A DNA stretch of 64,000 bases from Eledone cirrhosa. Its lineage: Eukaryota. How positions within the stretch are numbered: position 1 is the stretch's first letter; each line of letters starts with the position of its first letter. A model generated the notes under the pieces. The model searched no databases. It saw only the letters and a program-made list of their open reading frames with translations, and was not told the origin of the DNA. The DNA is taken from positions 242,916,001 to 242,980,000 of the forward strand of contig OZ024740.1 of the NCBI GenBank assembly GCA_964016885.1, read 5' to 3'. Below are positions 25,712 through 39,759 of this stretch, one piece after another. The position numbers and the translations under genes were made by a program.

Positions 25712-28664
25712 ATTCCTGATCTGTGTGGTTGACTTAGATAGGCTTCATAGACAAGGACCCGGCTACTGGAAGCTAAACACGTCATTACCAGCGTGCAAGG
25801 CCTACAGAGACTGGATTAGCGAACTAGTTAAGCGGGCGTTGACGTGGGCCATCATCAACAACAAGTGGTGGTTTGCTCTGAAAAGAGCGATTAGAACAGA
25901 GTACATTAGGTTTAGTAAAGCTTTAGCAATAGAGAAAAATAGAGCAGAGGGAGAACTAGGTAGGAAATTAGACGAGGCGCTTAGCAAAGGCATCGCGACC
26001 GACGTACTTGCGGCGAAATTGGCCATTGACCAATTCTTCAATGCAAAGCACGAAGGTTGCGTTGTCAGAGCTAGGGTGCATGCTCTCAGACACGAGGGGA
26101 TGAAAGCCGTTCAATGGGCCCCATCGTGGCAATAGGCGCATCGTGGCAATAAAGCCACGATCCGGTCTTTGGTGGACCACGATGGGCGCATGCTACTCGA
26201 TCCCGGGCAAATGTGTGAAGCTTTTCAGCGACACTTCGCTCAGTTGTTCGGAGGCAGCGGTGGGCCGGATCGAGGGATGGACTTTAGTGTCTACCTCGAC
26301 GGACTGCCGCAGCTCTCAACCACTGAGGCAGAGTGTTGCGAAAAGCTGATAACAGCAGCTGAAGTATGGGAGGCAATGACTGGCTGCACAAGGGGTAAAT
26401 CGCCTGGTTTGGATGGTCTGCCCTATCGACTTTACGTACAGATGCCAGATTTGGAGGCCTCTTGGCGGGCATTTACTGCAACTGGCAACAGAACGGGAGA
26501 ATTCCCAGCTCTGTGAGCCGAGGAGCGACGGCACTGCTGAAAAAGGAGCCGAACAAGGTGAATAACATAGATAATTTCAGGACCATAACTCTGCTAAACA
26601 CAGAGTTTAAGATTTTGGCCAAGGTGCTAGCAAAAAGGTTATCATTTGTTGTTGGTGGTCTGGTGGGAGAGGCGCAGACATGTGCCATTCCAGACAGATC
26701 CATCCACAACAACCTCTACTTCATGCGATACATCGTAGAGAGGGTAGCTAGGGAACCTGGCACGGGTGGGTCCTTGATCAATTTAGATCAGTCGAAAGCT
26801 TTCAATAGGGTCGTTACCTAGCGGCAGTCCTGAGGGTGGCTGGCTTTGGGCCCGTCTTCAGAGGCTGGATCGCTGCCATGCACAGCGACATCTGCTCTGT
26901 GGTGAGAGTGAACGCTCACCTTTCGGAACCATTCAACATCATGCGCTCGGTCCGCCAAGGATGTCCCCTCTCGCCCCTCTTGTACGTATTGACTCTCGAG
27001 CCATTACTGCACAAACTGGAGACGTTGAGGGGGGGGTCCCGCGCGAACTAGGATGCAGAACTTCCATGTCAGCATATGTGGACGATGTCACCGTAGTGGT
27101 GTCGAACGCCAAACACATCGAGGCGATCGGCACTACACTAAGAGAATACGTAGCGGTGACAGGAGCAATGATCGACCAGGAAAAGTCAGTGGGCCTGCAG
27201 CTCGGCACCTGGAGAGGCAGGTCCATGCTGTCCAACAGCGTCGTCGGGCGTTGGACGAACCGGTTAAATTGCTAAGGGTCTGGTTTGGTCCGGACCTCTA
27301 CACGGAGAAAAACTGGGACGAGGTGACGAGCAGGGTGGCTTCTCTCACCCAGAAATGGGCGGAGAGGAAGCTATCCCTGAAAGGTCGAGCGGAGGTGGCT
27401 AACGCGTACATCGCGTCCATCATCTACTACCGCCTGACCGTCGTACCTTGTCCTAAGCCTCGCCTGACTGCACTGGAGCGTTTGCTGTTTCGCTTTTTGT
27501 GGAAGGGACGTGCTCCGATGGTCAGGCGGTCCATCTGCTGTCAACACCCGCTACGTGGAGGGCTGGCCATGTCGTGGCTGATGATGCGCAGACACGCGCT
27601 CAGGCTACGACATCTCCACCTCTTCCTCGGCGGTGCTCAGGTGTGGTCGCCGTTTGCTAGATGCGTCTTTCCCCAGCTCGTTCCCTTGACGGAGCTGCAG
27701 TCCTGGGTCAAGCGAAGACCGAGAGGGAGCACTTGGAGACTGGAATGTCTTCAGGCGCTCACAGCCCTCGACCAATCGGGAATGTGATCGGTGGAAACTC
27801 CACCTTGGCGTTCTATAGAGGATTAGTGGAGGAGAAGAGCGACGACGTACTTGGGGAAACTCTAGGCGTCGACGAAAATCAACTAGCCAAGCTCTTCGGA
27901 AGAACTTTCGGGCCGGGGCATATGGACAACTTCCAGACATCCCTGGCCTGGCAGTGCTACCGAGGAGCTTTGCTAGTTCGGGATAAACTCTACAGGCATG
28001 GAGGTGCCGTCAGCCGGGCATGTCCAAGATGCGCGCAGGGCGACGAAACCGTCCTGCACGCACTCGTCCAGTGTCCGAGCATTACTGACTTGTGGGTTTA
28101 TGTTGAACACCTGCTGTCGCGTGTAGGACGGATCCAACTATCAGCTTAGTACATCGTGAGGATAGCCCCGCCCCCTTCCTTTAGCCGGGAAGGGCAGGCA
28201 ATTTTTATGTCTGGTGGCCATGGCGAAAGAGATAGTATGGTGGATACATTTGAAAGGGCTGAAGACGAGCACTTACCTCTTCGGTGATGCCCTGATTAAC
28301 TTTTCCAAATTTCATTTGAAAAGGAAAATCAAGGTAGAGAGGGAAGTGCTCTCTTCCCAGCATTTTATTGAAAGATGGGTGAGAGAGGCAAGAATGAGTA
28401 TGTATCTGTAAATTAAAGGTGGAAAACTGGGAGAGGGCACTTGCCCTGGTGGTCAGGGTCACTGTGACTTTTTAATGGGCTTTCTCCACGAATGTCCCTC
28501 GGAAGTCTCCCTCGTATTGGGGAGTTTTTCATTGTTATTTTTTTTTGTTACATCCTCTGTTTTTGTTTTTTACACGCAGAAATGCCCATTTGTACCGTCC
28601 TGTATTGTCCTGTACTGTCCTTAATGTCTACATTATGTAAACCCTTGTGGTTAATAAAGAAAGC
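25712..28664 (+). mobile_element. Tx1/L1-clade LINE, 5'-truncated, frameshifted ORF2 (RT plus C-terminal CCHC)
   Basis: GPGYWKLNTS, KSPGLDG, ITLLNTEFKILAKVLAKRL, LDQSKAF, VRQGCPLSPLLY, AYVDD, LSLKGR, CPRC..ETVLHALVQC. Confidence 0.92.
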
Positions 28665-31454
28665 ATTATTATTGTTCTCTGAGTCTCAGTCATTGATGTT
28701 AGTTAACTGGAAGGTTTGTTGAAATGAATATCAAGCCACTACCTGCAGCCTCAGATATTCAGGACATATCGGAGGGTTCCTGCTGTTCCCAGCAAGCATG
28801 CGTTTTGAAGTGTTCCAAAAAGCGGTGCAGGGCCAATTTTCTTTAACCATCCCTGGAAACGTTTTGAGATAGTCCCTAGTGCGCCTATGACAATCGGGAC
28901 CACTTTGACTTCATGGCAGTTCCAAATCCTTTTTACCTCCCACTTTAAGTCCTGGTATCGGTTAATTTTCTCCCTCTCCTTCTCTTGCACTCTCGTGTCG
29001 AATGGGCAGGCTACATCCACAATCAGGCACAATCTTTTTTCCTTGTCCAAAACCACCAGGTCAGATCTATTGTGTTGCAGTTTCTTGTCCGTCTGTATCC
29101 TAAAATCCCATAGCACCTTCACCTGATCGTTTTCTATCACCGACTCTGGCTTATGCTCATACCACTTCTCAGAGTGTGGTAAATTGTTTACTTTGCATAG
29201 GTGCCAATGGATCACCCTGCCCATCACATCATATCTCCAGCCTTTATAGTGAGTCTGGGCTAGGTGTTTTCACTCGGATACAATGTGAGCCACAGTCTCC
29301 TCTCTCTCCACAGATCCTGCACAGTGGGCTAGCCTCCTCCTTGTAAATATGGTGTTTCAGCCACTTCGTTTTGAGGACCTGCTCTTGTGCAGCCATTAGC
29401 ATTCCTTCTGTAGCCTTTTTAAGGTCTCCTCTTCTCAACCAGTTCCATGTCCGTGGATCTCTGAATTCCGTTTTCTCAAAGAAGGTAATATGAAGGGATT
29501 TTTCATGAAGGTTGCTCTTTCTCCTCATTGTTATTTCGTCCTTGGACATCCCCTGGTCTATTGTCCCCTCCTTCAGTAAAATTCTGAGCATTGGCTCCTT
29601 ACTATCGGTCACGTATTTGTGTAGGTTGTTTTTCTCCATCTGAACACAGTCTTCTATGCTGATAAGACCTCTTCCACCTTCAGATCTCCTTAAGTAGAGT
29701 CTATCGACATCACTCTTCTTGTGGAACACTCTTCTTGTGGAACATGTTGTAGATAATCAATAGCTTCCTAGTCTTCCTATCCATTTCTTTTTGTTCAGCA
29801 ACATTCCATCTCAGAATTCCCACACTGTACCTAATAATAGACACAGCTCGGGAATTTACTGTACTTATGGCATTCCTACTGTTCAGATGTGACTTTAATA
29901 TGCTCCTTACTCTCCGAATGTATTCAGATCTTATCAATTCCTTCATTTCTTTGTTCTTGATGTCATCAGCCTGCAGAATACCCAAATACTTGTATCCGTC
30001 TTCAGTGTCAATTTCCTTTATAATCTCACCTGTTCGTACCTGGATTCCGTTGCTTCTGCTCAATTTTCCCCTCTTCATCACAAGGACTCCACAATTACTA
30101 ATACCAAATTGCATACATATATCATTGCTGAAAATACGGACAGTGTCAACAAGCACATCCAACTCCTTCTCACTCTTCCCGAAGAGCTTAAGATCGTCCA
30201 TGAAGAGGAGGTGATTGATGGTAAGCTCTCCCTTTCCTAACTTGTATCCTGCTCTCACTTTTCGCAGTATAATGGTCAGGGGCATCAGGGCAAAGACAAA
30301 CAACGGAGGGGACAGACTATCTTCCTGGAAGATACCTCTCTTGATCTTCACGCCTCCCAAGGATTCTCCAGCTGATGTTAACTCTGTTTTCCAGGACTTC
30401 ATACTTTTGATCAACTGATGTTATCTGCCACCTTGAAGATCTCTAGGCTTTTGGTGAGGCACCATGTCAAATGCCTTTTTGTAGTCTATCCATCCCATGG
30501 CAAGACCAGTGTGTCTCCTCTTGCAATTCCTCATTACCATCTTATCAATAAGTAACTGGTCCTTTGTACCACGTGACTTCTTTCGGCATCCTTTCTGTTC
30601 ATCCGATAACAAGTTGCTTGTGTGGAGGTGATGGTAGATTTCCTCAGACAAAATGCTTGTCAACAGTTTCCACATTACGGACAGACATGTGATAGGTCTA
30701 TAGTTGGTAACATCATTACCCTTGATTCGGTCTTTCATTACCAGAATTGTGGTACCTTTTGTTAACCACTCTGGTACCTCACCTGACATCAAGCAGTCAT
30801 TGAACATGGTTGTTAGTTTCGGGTGGAGGGATGTTACATTTTTAATCCAATACCCCTGCACACCATCTGGGCCTGGTGATTTCCAGTTGGTTAGTTTTTT
30901 GGCCTGCCCCTTAAGAGTTTCAACTGTGATACTCAAATCAGTTTGTTGGTGTGCCTGTTCACTAATCTCCTTTTGGATCAAGTCGTTGCCTCTTTCTTTC
31001 CCTTCAAGCTGTCCAAACAACATCTGGTTGTCGTCAAACATGTGGTTCTGTCTATACTGTCTGACTCTGCTCTCGTATCGCCTAATTTTTGCACTCTTTG
31101 CTACAATGCGTTGCTTCAGTTCCTCTATGATAATATTTAGCCTTTTCCTCCTAGTTTTGTACTTTATTTCCAGTCTATTTTTAGTGTCTATGTTTTTTAG
31201 TGTCCCATTCAGTAGGGACTCAAGCTTTCCAATGTCAGTTCCCATTTCCCTGATTTGAACATTCAGTCGTTTCTTCCACCAAGGTTCTGATCTTTCTTGT
31301 CTGTTGTTTCCTCTCGCTTTTATGCTAAGTAATTTCCTCACCGCATTTGCTGTTGCTTTGAGGATATTGTTGCACTGGTGAAGACTCCTCGCCTCAAGGT
31401 ATGTGATGACTTTGTTTACCTTAGCTGTTGTTTCTTTTAACTTTTTCCTGTCTA
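28665..31454 (-). mobile_element. R4/Dong-clade LINE copy A (RT, CCHC, restriction-like endonuclease), 5'-truncated
   Basis: KSPGPDG, YRPITCL, IDYKKAFD, GIFQ.DSLSP, HLLFMDDLK, WDFRIQTD..NR.DLVV..DVACP..YQDL; (TAA) tail. Confidence 0.92.
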
Positions 31455-33692
31455 GACATCCCCTGGTCTATTGTCCCCTCCTTCAGTAAAATTCTGAGCA
31501 TTGGCTCCTTACTATAGGTCACGTATTTGTGAAGGTTGTTTTTCTCCATCTGAACACAGTCCTCTATGCTGATAAGACCTCTTCCACCTTCAGATCTCCT
31601 TAAGTATAGTCTATCGACATCACTCCTCTTGTGGAACATGTTGTAGATAGTCAATAGCTTCCTAGTCTTCCTATCCATTTCTTTTTGTTCAGCAACATTC
31701 CATCTCAGAATTCCCGCACTGTACCTAATAATAGACACAGCTCGGAAATTTACTGCACTTATGGCATTCCTACTGTTCAGATGTGACTTTAATACGCTCC
31801 TTACTACCCGAATGTATTCAGTTATTATCAATTCCTTCATTTTTTTGTTCTTGATGTCATCAGCCTCCAGAACACCCAAATACTTGTATCCTTCTTCAGA
31901 GTCAATTTCCTTTATCATCTCACCTGTTGGTACCTGGATTTCGTTACTTCTGCTCAACTTACCCCTCTTCATCACAATGACTCCACACTTACTAATACCA
32001 AATTGCATACATATATCATTGCTGAAAATACGGACAGTGTCACAGCTCTCCAAGACAATGTCACTGGACCAACAACTTTGGCGGCACTCAGTAATAGAGA
32101 AGACCCGCCTTACCTAAATACAAAGTAAAACTACTACAGTCAGTAGGCATCCCTAACAAAATACACCCCGTCCCCCCCCCCCCCACCCCATCCACACCAC
32201 CCCTTTCAATGTAAAGTTATGTTGGTGCCACAACATCCAGGCCGAAACAAATGAGATTGTGTAGGTGTCACGACAAAAAAACACACAATCCACGCTGTAA
32301 TGTGGCCGTGTAGGCAACACGGTAAAAACCTCAAAGTCCCACACTGTAAATGTGGTTGGTGTTAGGAAGGGCATCCAGCTGTAGAAAACCCGCCAGACAG
32401 TCCTATGCGAGCAAGACAACCACTCTTCCCTCAAGTGGGAAAACTCCTGTCCAAACCCATGCAAGCGTTTAACATGGACGTTAAACGATGATGATGATGA
32501 TGATGATGATGTCAACAAGCACATCCAACTCCTTCTCACTCTTCCATGAAGAGGAGGTGATTGATGGTAAGCCCTCCCTTTCCCAACCTGTATCCTGCTC
32601 TCACTTTTCGCAGTACACTGGTCAGGGGCATCAGGGCAAGGACAAACAACAGAGGGGACAGACTATCTCCCTGGAAGATACCTCTCTTGATCTTCACGCT
32701 TCCCAAGGATTCTCCAGTTGATGTTAACTCTGTTTCCCAGGACTTCATACTTTTGCCCAACAACTGTCTGATGTTATCTGCCACCTTGAAGATCTCCAGG
32801 CTTTTGGTGATCCAAGAATGAGGCACCATGTCAAATGCCTTTTTGTAGTCTATCCATCCCATGGCAAGAACAGTGTGTCTCCTCTTGCAATTCCTCATTA
32901 CCATCTTATCAATAAGTAACTGGTCCTTTGTACCACGTGACTTCTTTCGGCATCCTTTCTGTTCGTCCGGTAACAAGTTGTTTGTGTGGAGGTGATGGTA
33001 GATTTCCTCAGACATAATGCTTGTCAACAGTTTCCACATTACGGACAGACATGTGATAGGTCTATAGTTGGTAACATCATTACCCTTGATTTGGTCTTTC
33101 ATTATCAGAACTGTGGTACCTTTTGTCAACCACTCTGGTACCTCACCTGACATAAAGCAGTCATTGAACATGGTTGTCAGTTTCGGGTGGAGGGATGTTT
33201 TATTTTTAATCCAATACCCCTGCACACCATCTGGGCCTGGTGATTTTCAGTTGGTTAGTTTTTTGGCCTGCCCCGTAAGAGTTTCAACTGTGATACTCAA
33301 ATCAGTTTGTTGGTGTTACTGTTCACTAATCTCCTTCTGTACTGTCTCAATCCACACTGCCTGGTCATTATGTTTAACATCCTGCTCCCATATTCCTCTC
33401 CAGAATGTTTTAGTTTGTTCCGCCTCAGGGATCAAGTCGTTGCCTCTTTCTTTCCCTTCAAGCTGTCCAAACAGCATCTTCTGGTTGTTGTCGAACATGC
33501 GGTCCTGTCTATACTGACTGACTCTGTTCTCGTATCGCCTGCTTTTTGCACTCTTTGCTACAATGCGTTGCTTCAGTTCCTCTATGATAATATTTAGCTT
33601 TTTCCTCCTAGTTTTGTACTTTATTCCCAGTCTATTTTTAGTGTCTATGTTTTTTAGTGTCCCATTCAGTAGGGACTCAAGCTTTCCAATGT
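31455..33692 (-). mobile_element. R4/Dong LINE copy B (equivalent to 29545-31233), interrupted by RTE
   Basis: Colinear and highly similar to copy A; ends at (ATT)n 33693-33716. Confidence 0.9.
32043..32509 (+). mobile_element. RTE 3' end inserted into R4 copy B
   Basis: LSKTMSLD..WR..EKTRLT*, 3'UTR, (GAT)n; TSD TGTCA; uninterrupted site at 30137-30160. Confidence 0.9.
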
Positions 33693-33716
33693 ATTATTAT
33701 TATTATTATTATTATT

Positions 33717-35331
33717 ACAATTGCATTTATCTTGCTTTATGTTCATACGAGTTATCACAAAGTCACAACCAGTGACCTCAAGAGACAACAAGGTCCGCCA
33801 TGTTCAAGAAAGAACATACATATTCACACATGCATCTTTAGTGTTTAGACTTGTGATGTACTTATATTGACAGAATCTTCCTTAGTATATGGGCAGTTCC
33901 CATTAGTACTATCTTTTGTATTTCTCCTATACGCGGGTTTCCTGGGATTTGCGATAAGTAATCATTAGACCCCTTAGGTATCATTCCCAGAGCGCCTACA
34001 ACCACTGGTATTGTTTTAGTTCTCAATTTCCACATTTTTCCAATTTCTATCTCCAGGTCCTTATACTTGCTCAATTTTTCAAATGTTTTTATAGATACAT
34101 TCTTGTCTATTGGAACAGACATATCAATTAGCAGGCATACCCTCTTTTGAAAGTCCTTCAATATTATATCAGGTCTATTTGCAACTATTTTTTGGTCTGT
34201 TTGGATGCTAAAGTTCCACAAGATTGAGATCTGATCTTTTTCAAGTATGGGAGGTGGTTGATGCTCCCACCAATTCTTTTGATGGGGCAGGTCAAAATGC
34301 TTACACATTATCCAATGTATGTATTGTGCAGCTCTGTCATGCCTGTTTAGGTATTCGGTTGGAGCTATAGGACTGCACATTGAAATTATATGGTCAATGG
34401 TCTCTGGTTGTTTTTTGCATACACGGCATAATGGGCTGCACCCATTTTTTATTATGTTGGCTTGGTAATTTTTTGTTGGCAGACACTGATCTTGTGCCGA
34501 TATAATCAGTCCTTCAGTCTCCGATTTCAGTCCAGAGGATGCCAACCACTGATGGGTTAAAGTTTTGTCAACATCAGGATTGTTAGCTCGCTCTGGGTAT
34601 TTTCCATACAGAGGCTTTTCTTGCCATTTCTTAGCCAGTTTCTGTAGCAGTTCTTTCTTTGCAGTTACTTTTACCTGCTTTGCTTTTTCTGTGTTTTCCA
34701 TTTCAGCAGTAAATGGGACTTCTGAAATTTGTAGTCCATTACTGTATCTTTGTGCATCTTTTGTAATGGAATATGATCTTTTGATTCTTTCGTGTTTCAA
34801 AACGAGTTTGATCATCCAATCATGTGATTCCCTTAGATATGTAGATAATCCAATTGTTGCAGTTTTCAACGCAATGTCTAACTGGATTAACCCACGTCCT
34901 CCTTCTTTCCTAGGGAGATATATTCTATCTATATCTGCCTTAGGGTGATGCATTCTGTGCATGGTTAAGAATTTTCGAATTTTTGTATCGAGCCTACGGA
35001 TCTCTGTGCTTGACCAGTTGATGACATTGTAACTGTAGGTTACTACTGGTATGGCAAGCGTGTTTATGGCATCGATCCTATTCCTTGCATTCAATTCCGT
35101 TCTTAAGATTGCTCTTACTCTGCGGTAACATTCCTTCCTTATCCTTTCCCTCATTGTCGAGTGCTTGATTCCGTCTCCTTCGCAAACACCTAGATATTTG
35201 TAAGTTTTTTCTTGATCAAGTTCTCTTATCATGTTCCCCCGATCAAGATTAATGTCTGAACTCTTCAGCAGCTTTCCTCTGGTGAACGTTGCTTTGGCGC
35301 ATTTATCTAGTCCAAACTCCATTTTAATGTC
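33717..35331 (-). mobile_element. Second R4/Dong family, 5'-truncated with open ORF (about 490 aa, RT thumb to RLE)
   Basis: DIKMEFGLDKC, YKYLG, SETEG..AQDQ, CRVC..ETIDHIISMC, RHD, NRPDII..IDMSVP..KYKDL; (ATT)n on both sides. Confidence 0.92.
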
Positions 35332-35378
<47 letters not shown>

Positions 35379-35379
<1 letters not shown>

Positions 35380-36348
35380 TGTAGGACTACAAAAATATCT
35401 AATGAAGAACAAAGGAAAATTAATAAAAATAGCTACAAAACATGAACAAAAAAAAATATTGCACTCAGTCTTCAAGGAGGCTAATAAATACAAAATAGAA
35501 ACCAAACTAACAGATAGTTGTGAGGAAGATGAAAACAAACAAGAAACAACAGCAGAAATTGTAAAAAACTTAAACTCCAAACTGAAAACAAACCTCCAGA
35601 ATGCCATGTTAAGATGGCAAGAAAAACCCTTACATGGCCAATACATGAAAAAGGTGAACAGAGAGGAAGTAGACAAACAAAACACTCACAACTGGCAAGA
35701 AAGCACTGGACTGAAAGCTGAGATTTCTGGTTGCAGCACAAGACCAGAGCCTCCCAATCAGAAATCACCAGTCTTGGCCAAAAAGGAATACATCCACAGA
35801 CATGATAGAGTTGGGACTTACATACATTGGAAATTATACCAACAGACAAAAGATGGTACAAACACACACCAGAAAAGGTATCAGAGAATGACAAAGCAAC
35901 CATTCTTTGAGATATGCCAATACATACAGACAGAGATCAAAGCCAACCAATCAGTCAAAACCTACAAAGAAAATAAATGTCTTCTGATTGCTGTATCGAT
36001 CCCAACTGACGACAACATTTCTACAAAGGAAATGGAAAAACTATCCAAATATAAAGATTTAGAGATAGAAATAACTTGAATGTGGGTGTTGAAGACAGAA
36101 ACAGTACCTATAATAATAGGTGCTCTAGGAATGATTAAAAAAAGCACAAAGACAAATACATAGCCAAAACCATAGGACTCACAAATATATACAGCATACA
36201 AAAAAAGCACTACTAGGCACTGCACATATATTATGAAGAGTACTCTCAATATAATAGAACAAACACCACCAAAAATCCCGCTGTACATACCCTAGGTGCA
36301 CAGAGTTGTGCTTGGTAATGCAGTGATAATGTGCAAAATAATAATAAT
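35379..36348 (+). mobile_element. Third, decayed R4/Dong fragment with (TAA)n tail
   Basis: WQEKPLHGQY, RHDRVG..IHW, KLSKYKDLEIEI. Confidence 0.85.
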
Positions 36349-36349
36349 A

Positions 36350-36510
36350 GTTGTTTCTACTTTTGGCACAAGGCCAGCAATTACTCCAGTACATTACTGG
36401 TACTTTAATAACAATAATAATAATTTCTTTATTAACCACATAGGGCTGACATTAAGCAAACATTAAAGATGGTACAGGACAATGCAGTGTGGGAGTTTTT
36501 GTGGTAAAAT
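36350..36510 (-). mobile_element. Meta-like SINE tail (36350-36407) and Tx1-like tail (36420-36510)
   Basis: TTGTTTCTACTTTTGGCACAAGGCC; TTTCTTTATTAACCACA.AGGG next to (TAA)n. Confidence 0.7.
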
Positions 36511-36824
36511 AGAATTTATAAGAGAGATTAATAGAATAAACTACAGTTATGCAGTGATAACACACAAAATAATAATACTAATGATGATAATAATAATAAA
36601 AATATAAATAAAGTAAGAAATCATATCAATAAATTATACAAATACATATTGTTGAAGAAAATCATTTTCCATTTGTATCAGACTGAGGTTATACAGTACA
36701 AACCTCAAGAGAATAATTGGTTTCATTTCAAATATAGACATGAGGACACAAGCTTTAAAGGAGAATATATTTACCACATTATTTGATTGATATTTATGAT
36801 AATTGTTTCTACTTTTGTCACAAC

Positions 36825-38040
36825 GATTTTATGTTTACTTTTCAATGGTTGCATGGATTGAACAGGTCTTCTCCAGTATAGTCTGCTTCCTCTCATTACA
36901 GTTTCTTCTCCTCAGTGAGATTCAGCATTTTGAGATCAGCTCTCACCATCTCTGCCCAGATCTTTCTTGGTCATCCTCTATTGCAGCTTTCTTCCACTAT
37001 CACTTCTTCACTTAATGATCTTCATCCATGCACATGGCATGTCCATACCAGCACTGTCTTCTCTCATACAAACTACATCTGATTCTTCTTATACTCATTT
37101 TATTCTCTCTGCTCATCTATGCTTCATCATTCATTCACACTAACATTACACATCTTTTCTTCATTTCTCTCCAGCCTTTGTATATCATCTGCATTTAATA
37201 CTTATGTCTAATACTGCTGAATAAGACCCGTCCCACCCTTGCAAGCAGGGAAAAGCGGACGTAAAATGATGATGATGATGATGATGGTGATGATGTCTCA
37301 TTGTCATACAACATCACATTTCACATAATTTACCCTTTGCTCAGAGTCAACAAATGCAGTAGCTCCCCAAACTTCTCTATCTTGCTCTTATTCTGACTAC
37401 TGTACATTCAGAGCAAAACCTTCCATTACTAATTAGGTCTTCCAGATAACAAAAGCTATCAACCACTTCTATGGCACCTTCCCAGGATTGGAAAAACATT
37501 TTTTTCACTGGTGTTCTTACTACCAACTATCCTTGTGCTTCTACCATATACAAAGTTAACTTTTTCTGTTAGCTTGTCTGCTTTCCCACTACACTTCTTG
37601 TCTACTTATATTTTACATTGTGTATATCATATAGAGTTCCTACCTATTTCTTTTGTACATATTGAACAGTGCTACTTCCCTGGTGGAATCAAAGTCTTAT
37701 CTTTATTCCAACTTACTAAAACTTTAGTCTTTGCTAAGTTTATTCTGAGCCTTTCTGATTCTACAGCAGGAATTTCTTCACTAACTCTTCCACAGATTTG
37801 GCTTTAAGAAGCAGGTCATTAACATAAGAAAGTTCCCACGGACAGCCAGTTCTAAACACTTCTGTAAGGGCCTGGAGAAATATAATAAATAGGAGTGGGT
37901 TGAGGAAAGAGCCCTGATGAATGCCTACCTGCACATTGAATTCTTCACTAAACTCATTACCTATCATCACTTTACATTTTTGTACATGACTTGCACTACT
38001 TTCACAAGCCTCTTATCTACATCCTGTTCCCTTAAGGACG
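36825..38040 (-). mobile_element. Decayed RTE LINE, containing a young about 70-bp RTE tail insertion at 37215-37291 (+)
   Basis: FSEEFNVQVGIHQGS..TGCPWEL; insert identical to 12028-12098 with TSD ATGTCT. Confidence 0.8.
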
Positions 38041-38309
38041 ATATAAAAAACAACGCATCGATTGCATTATAAAAGTCTGTCCATTTTACTGTCCCACAGA
38101 AAGGAATAATCAAACAAGAAACTATTCTCTCTAATCAGAAAAATACATACAGACAGAGCTGAAACCATCAAAGTTCTGCTAAAAGCTCTCACCATCATCA
38201 TTATCAGTTTTATCATCTTTTTTTTTTTTTTTTTGAAGAATGTGAATTATAAAAATGTTATGAGGTTCTGTTACAATGCTTATTAGCTTAGTTTATGACA
38301 TACTATTTG

Positions 38310-38960
38310 CAGGGCCAGATTTATAGCAGGAGAGACGGGGATGGAGGGGTGCCTCCGACCCACCATCAGCTGAGGGGCCTATCAATAGGGGTGGGGCCTA
38401 ATAAGATAAATGTGCCCTGAGTCTGCCAAAGGCAGTCTCAGGGCACATTCCTGACAAGTATTTTGATGTTATTTTTTAGACACACCAGAACAATACTTTT
38501 AACACATGACAATCCTGTGGTCAGTTCATTGGAATGTCACTACTTTAGTGACATGAGATTGTTACCAGAACAGTATCTAACAAAAAATACTTATGACAAT
38601 TTATCAAAGTTTATCTATTTTAGTGACATCAGATAGTTGTTGTACAATGTACAAGGATGTGATCATCCAGTTTTATGCAAGAATAGGGTATATGTGTGTA
38701 TGTATTAATGTGCATATGGGTGTATTTATATGGGTATATCTGTGTGCTTGTGTGTGTTTTTAAGAACATTTAAGTGTGGAAAGTGCACTTAAAATGGAAG
38801 TGGTCAGATGTTTTCATTTAACATCTGTAGGTATAACTTCTCAATTCCAATTACACGTGCCAAGCTGACTTGGGGATTTGTCATGTATTTTAATTTTTTG
38901 TGTATGAGGGGCCCCCCCAAATCTGAAGTCACCCCATTATAAGTTCTAAATCCAGCCCTG
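38310..38960. mobile_element. hAT-type MITE
   Basis: CAGGGCCAGATTTA ... TAAATCCAGCCCTG; decayed 8-bp TSD ACTATTTG/GCTGTTTA. Confidence 0.65.
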
Positions 38961-39305
38961 GCTGTTTACAGCTTGATCTTTTTCTTCCTGTAGCCATATT
39001 ATTAGGGATGAGGCACAAAAACAACAACAAAAATGGAGCTAGACTAAACACAAAACAGTCAATGATAATAGTAGAGTAAGATTAAACAGTACAGGATACT
39101 AGCAATGATAGCAAGGCAATAAACATAGACACAGTGACTACTACTATTCTCTGTAGCATGCTGGTAACTATCAATATAATTTCATGGTTCTTTCAAAGAT
39201 AAAGGATGTTTCCTGTTTAAATATTAGACTACTGTGGCAGTGTATGACATAAATAGATAGTAACACATATAAATATTGAAAAAGGATTACTACTTAGAAA
39301 GGTTA

Positions 39306-39490
39306 CGAGGATCGGCTGAAAAGTTCATAGGCTGACTATGACGGAATGATGCTAGAGTTTTAAAATCTTGCTTTCATTAATTTCTACTCTCCTTATTAAT
39401 AACTGTATTGTTTCTTTTCAGGGACAATGGTGACAAATAAATTCTATGAGAATATCTTGGTCAGCCTATGAACTTTTCAGCCAATACTTG
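39306..39490. mobile_element. Mariner-type MITE
   Basis: TA|CGAGGATCGGCTGAAAAGTTCATAGGCTGAC ... GTCAGCCTATGAACTTTTCAGCCAATACTTG|TA. Confidence 0.9.
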
Positions 39491-39759
39491 TAGATGTACA
39501 TGGTCAATTGACTATTAATCATCTTGCATTACTTAGCATTGATATTTGTAATCATTTTGTTTTTGATGGTATGTTTAATTAAACAAAAGCATTTATATTT
39601 TAGAGTTGAGCTAAACAGAGATTACCTCAAGCCTAGTGGAGGCTATTTGAGCAATTGATTGGCTTATTGGAGATTGGAACTTCATACTTAAGGAGAGCAA
39701 TTTCTTAGAAATTTCATTGGAGTAAAATTGTGTTTCAAAAATGTGGTAGATTAAATATA

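Noticed and set aside
35332-35685. N-terminal extension of the 607-aa ORF with poly-Ile
   Set aside because: Read-through across (ATT)n into the antisense of a different R4 copy
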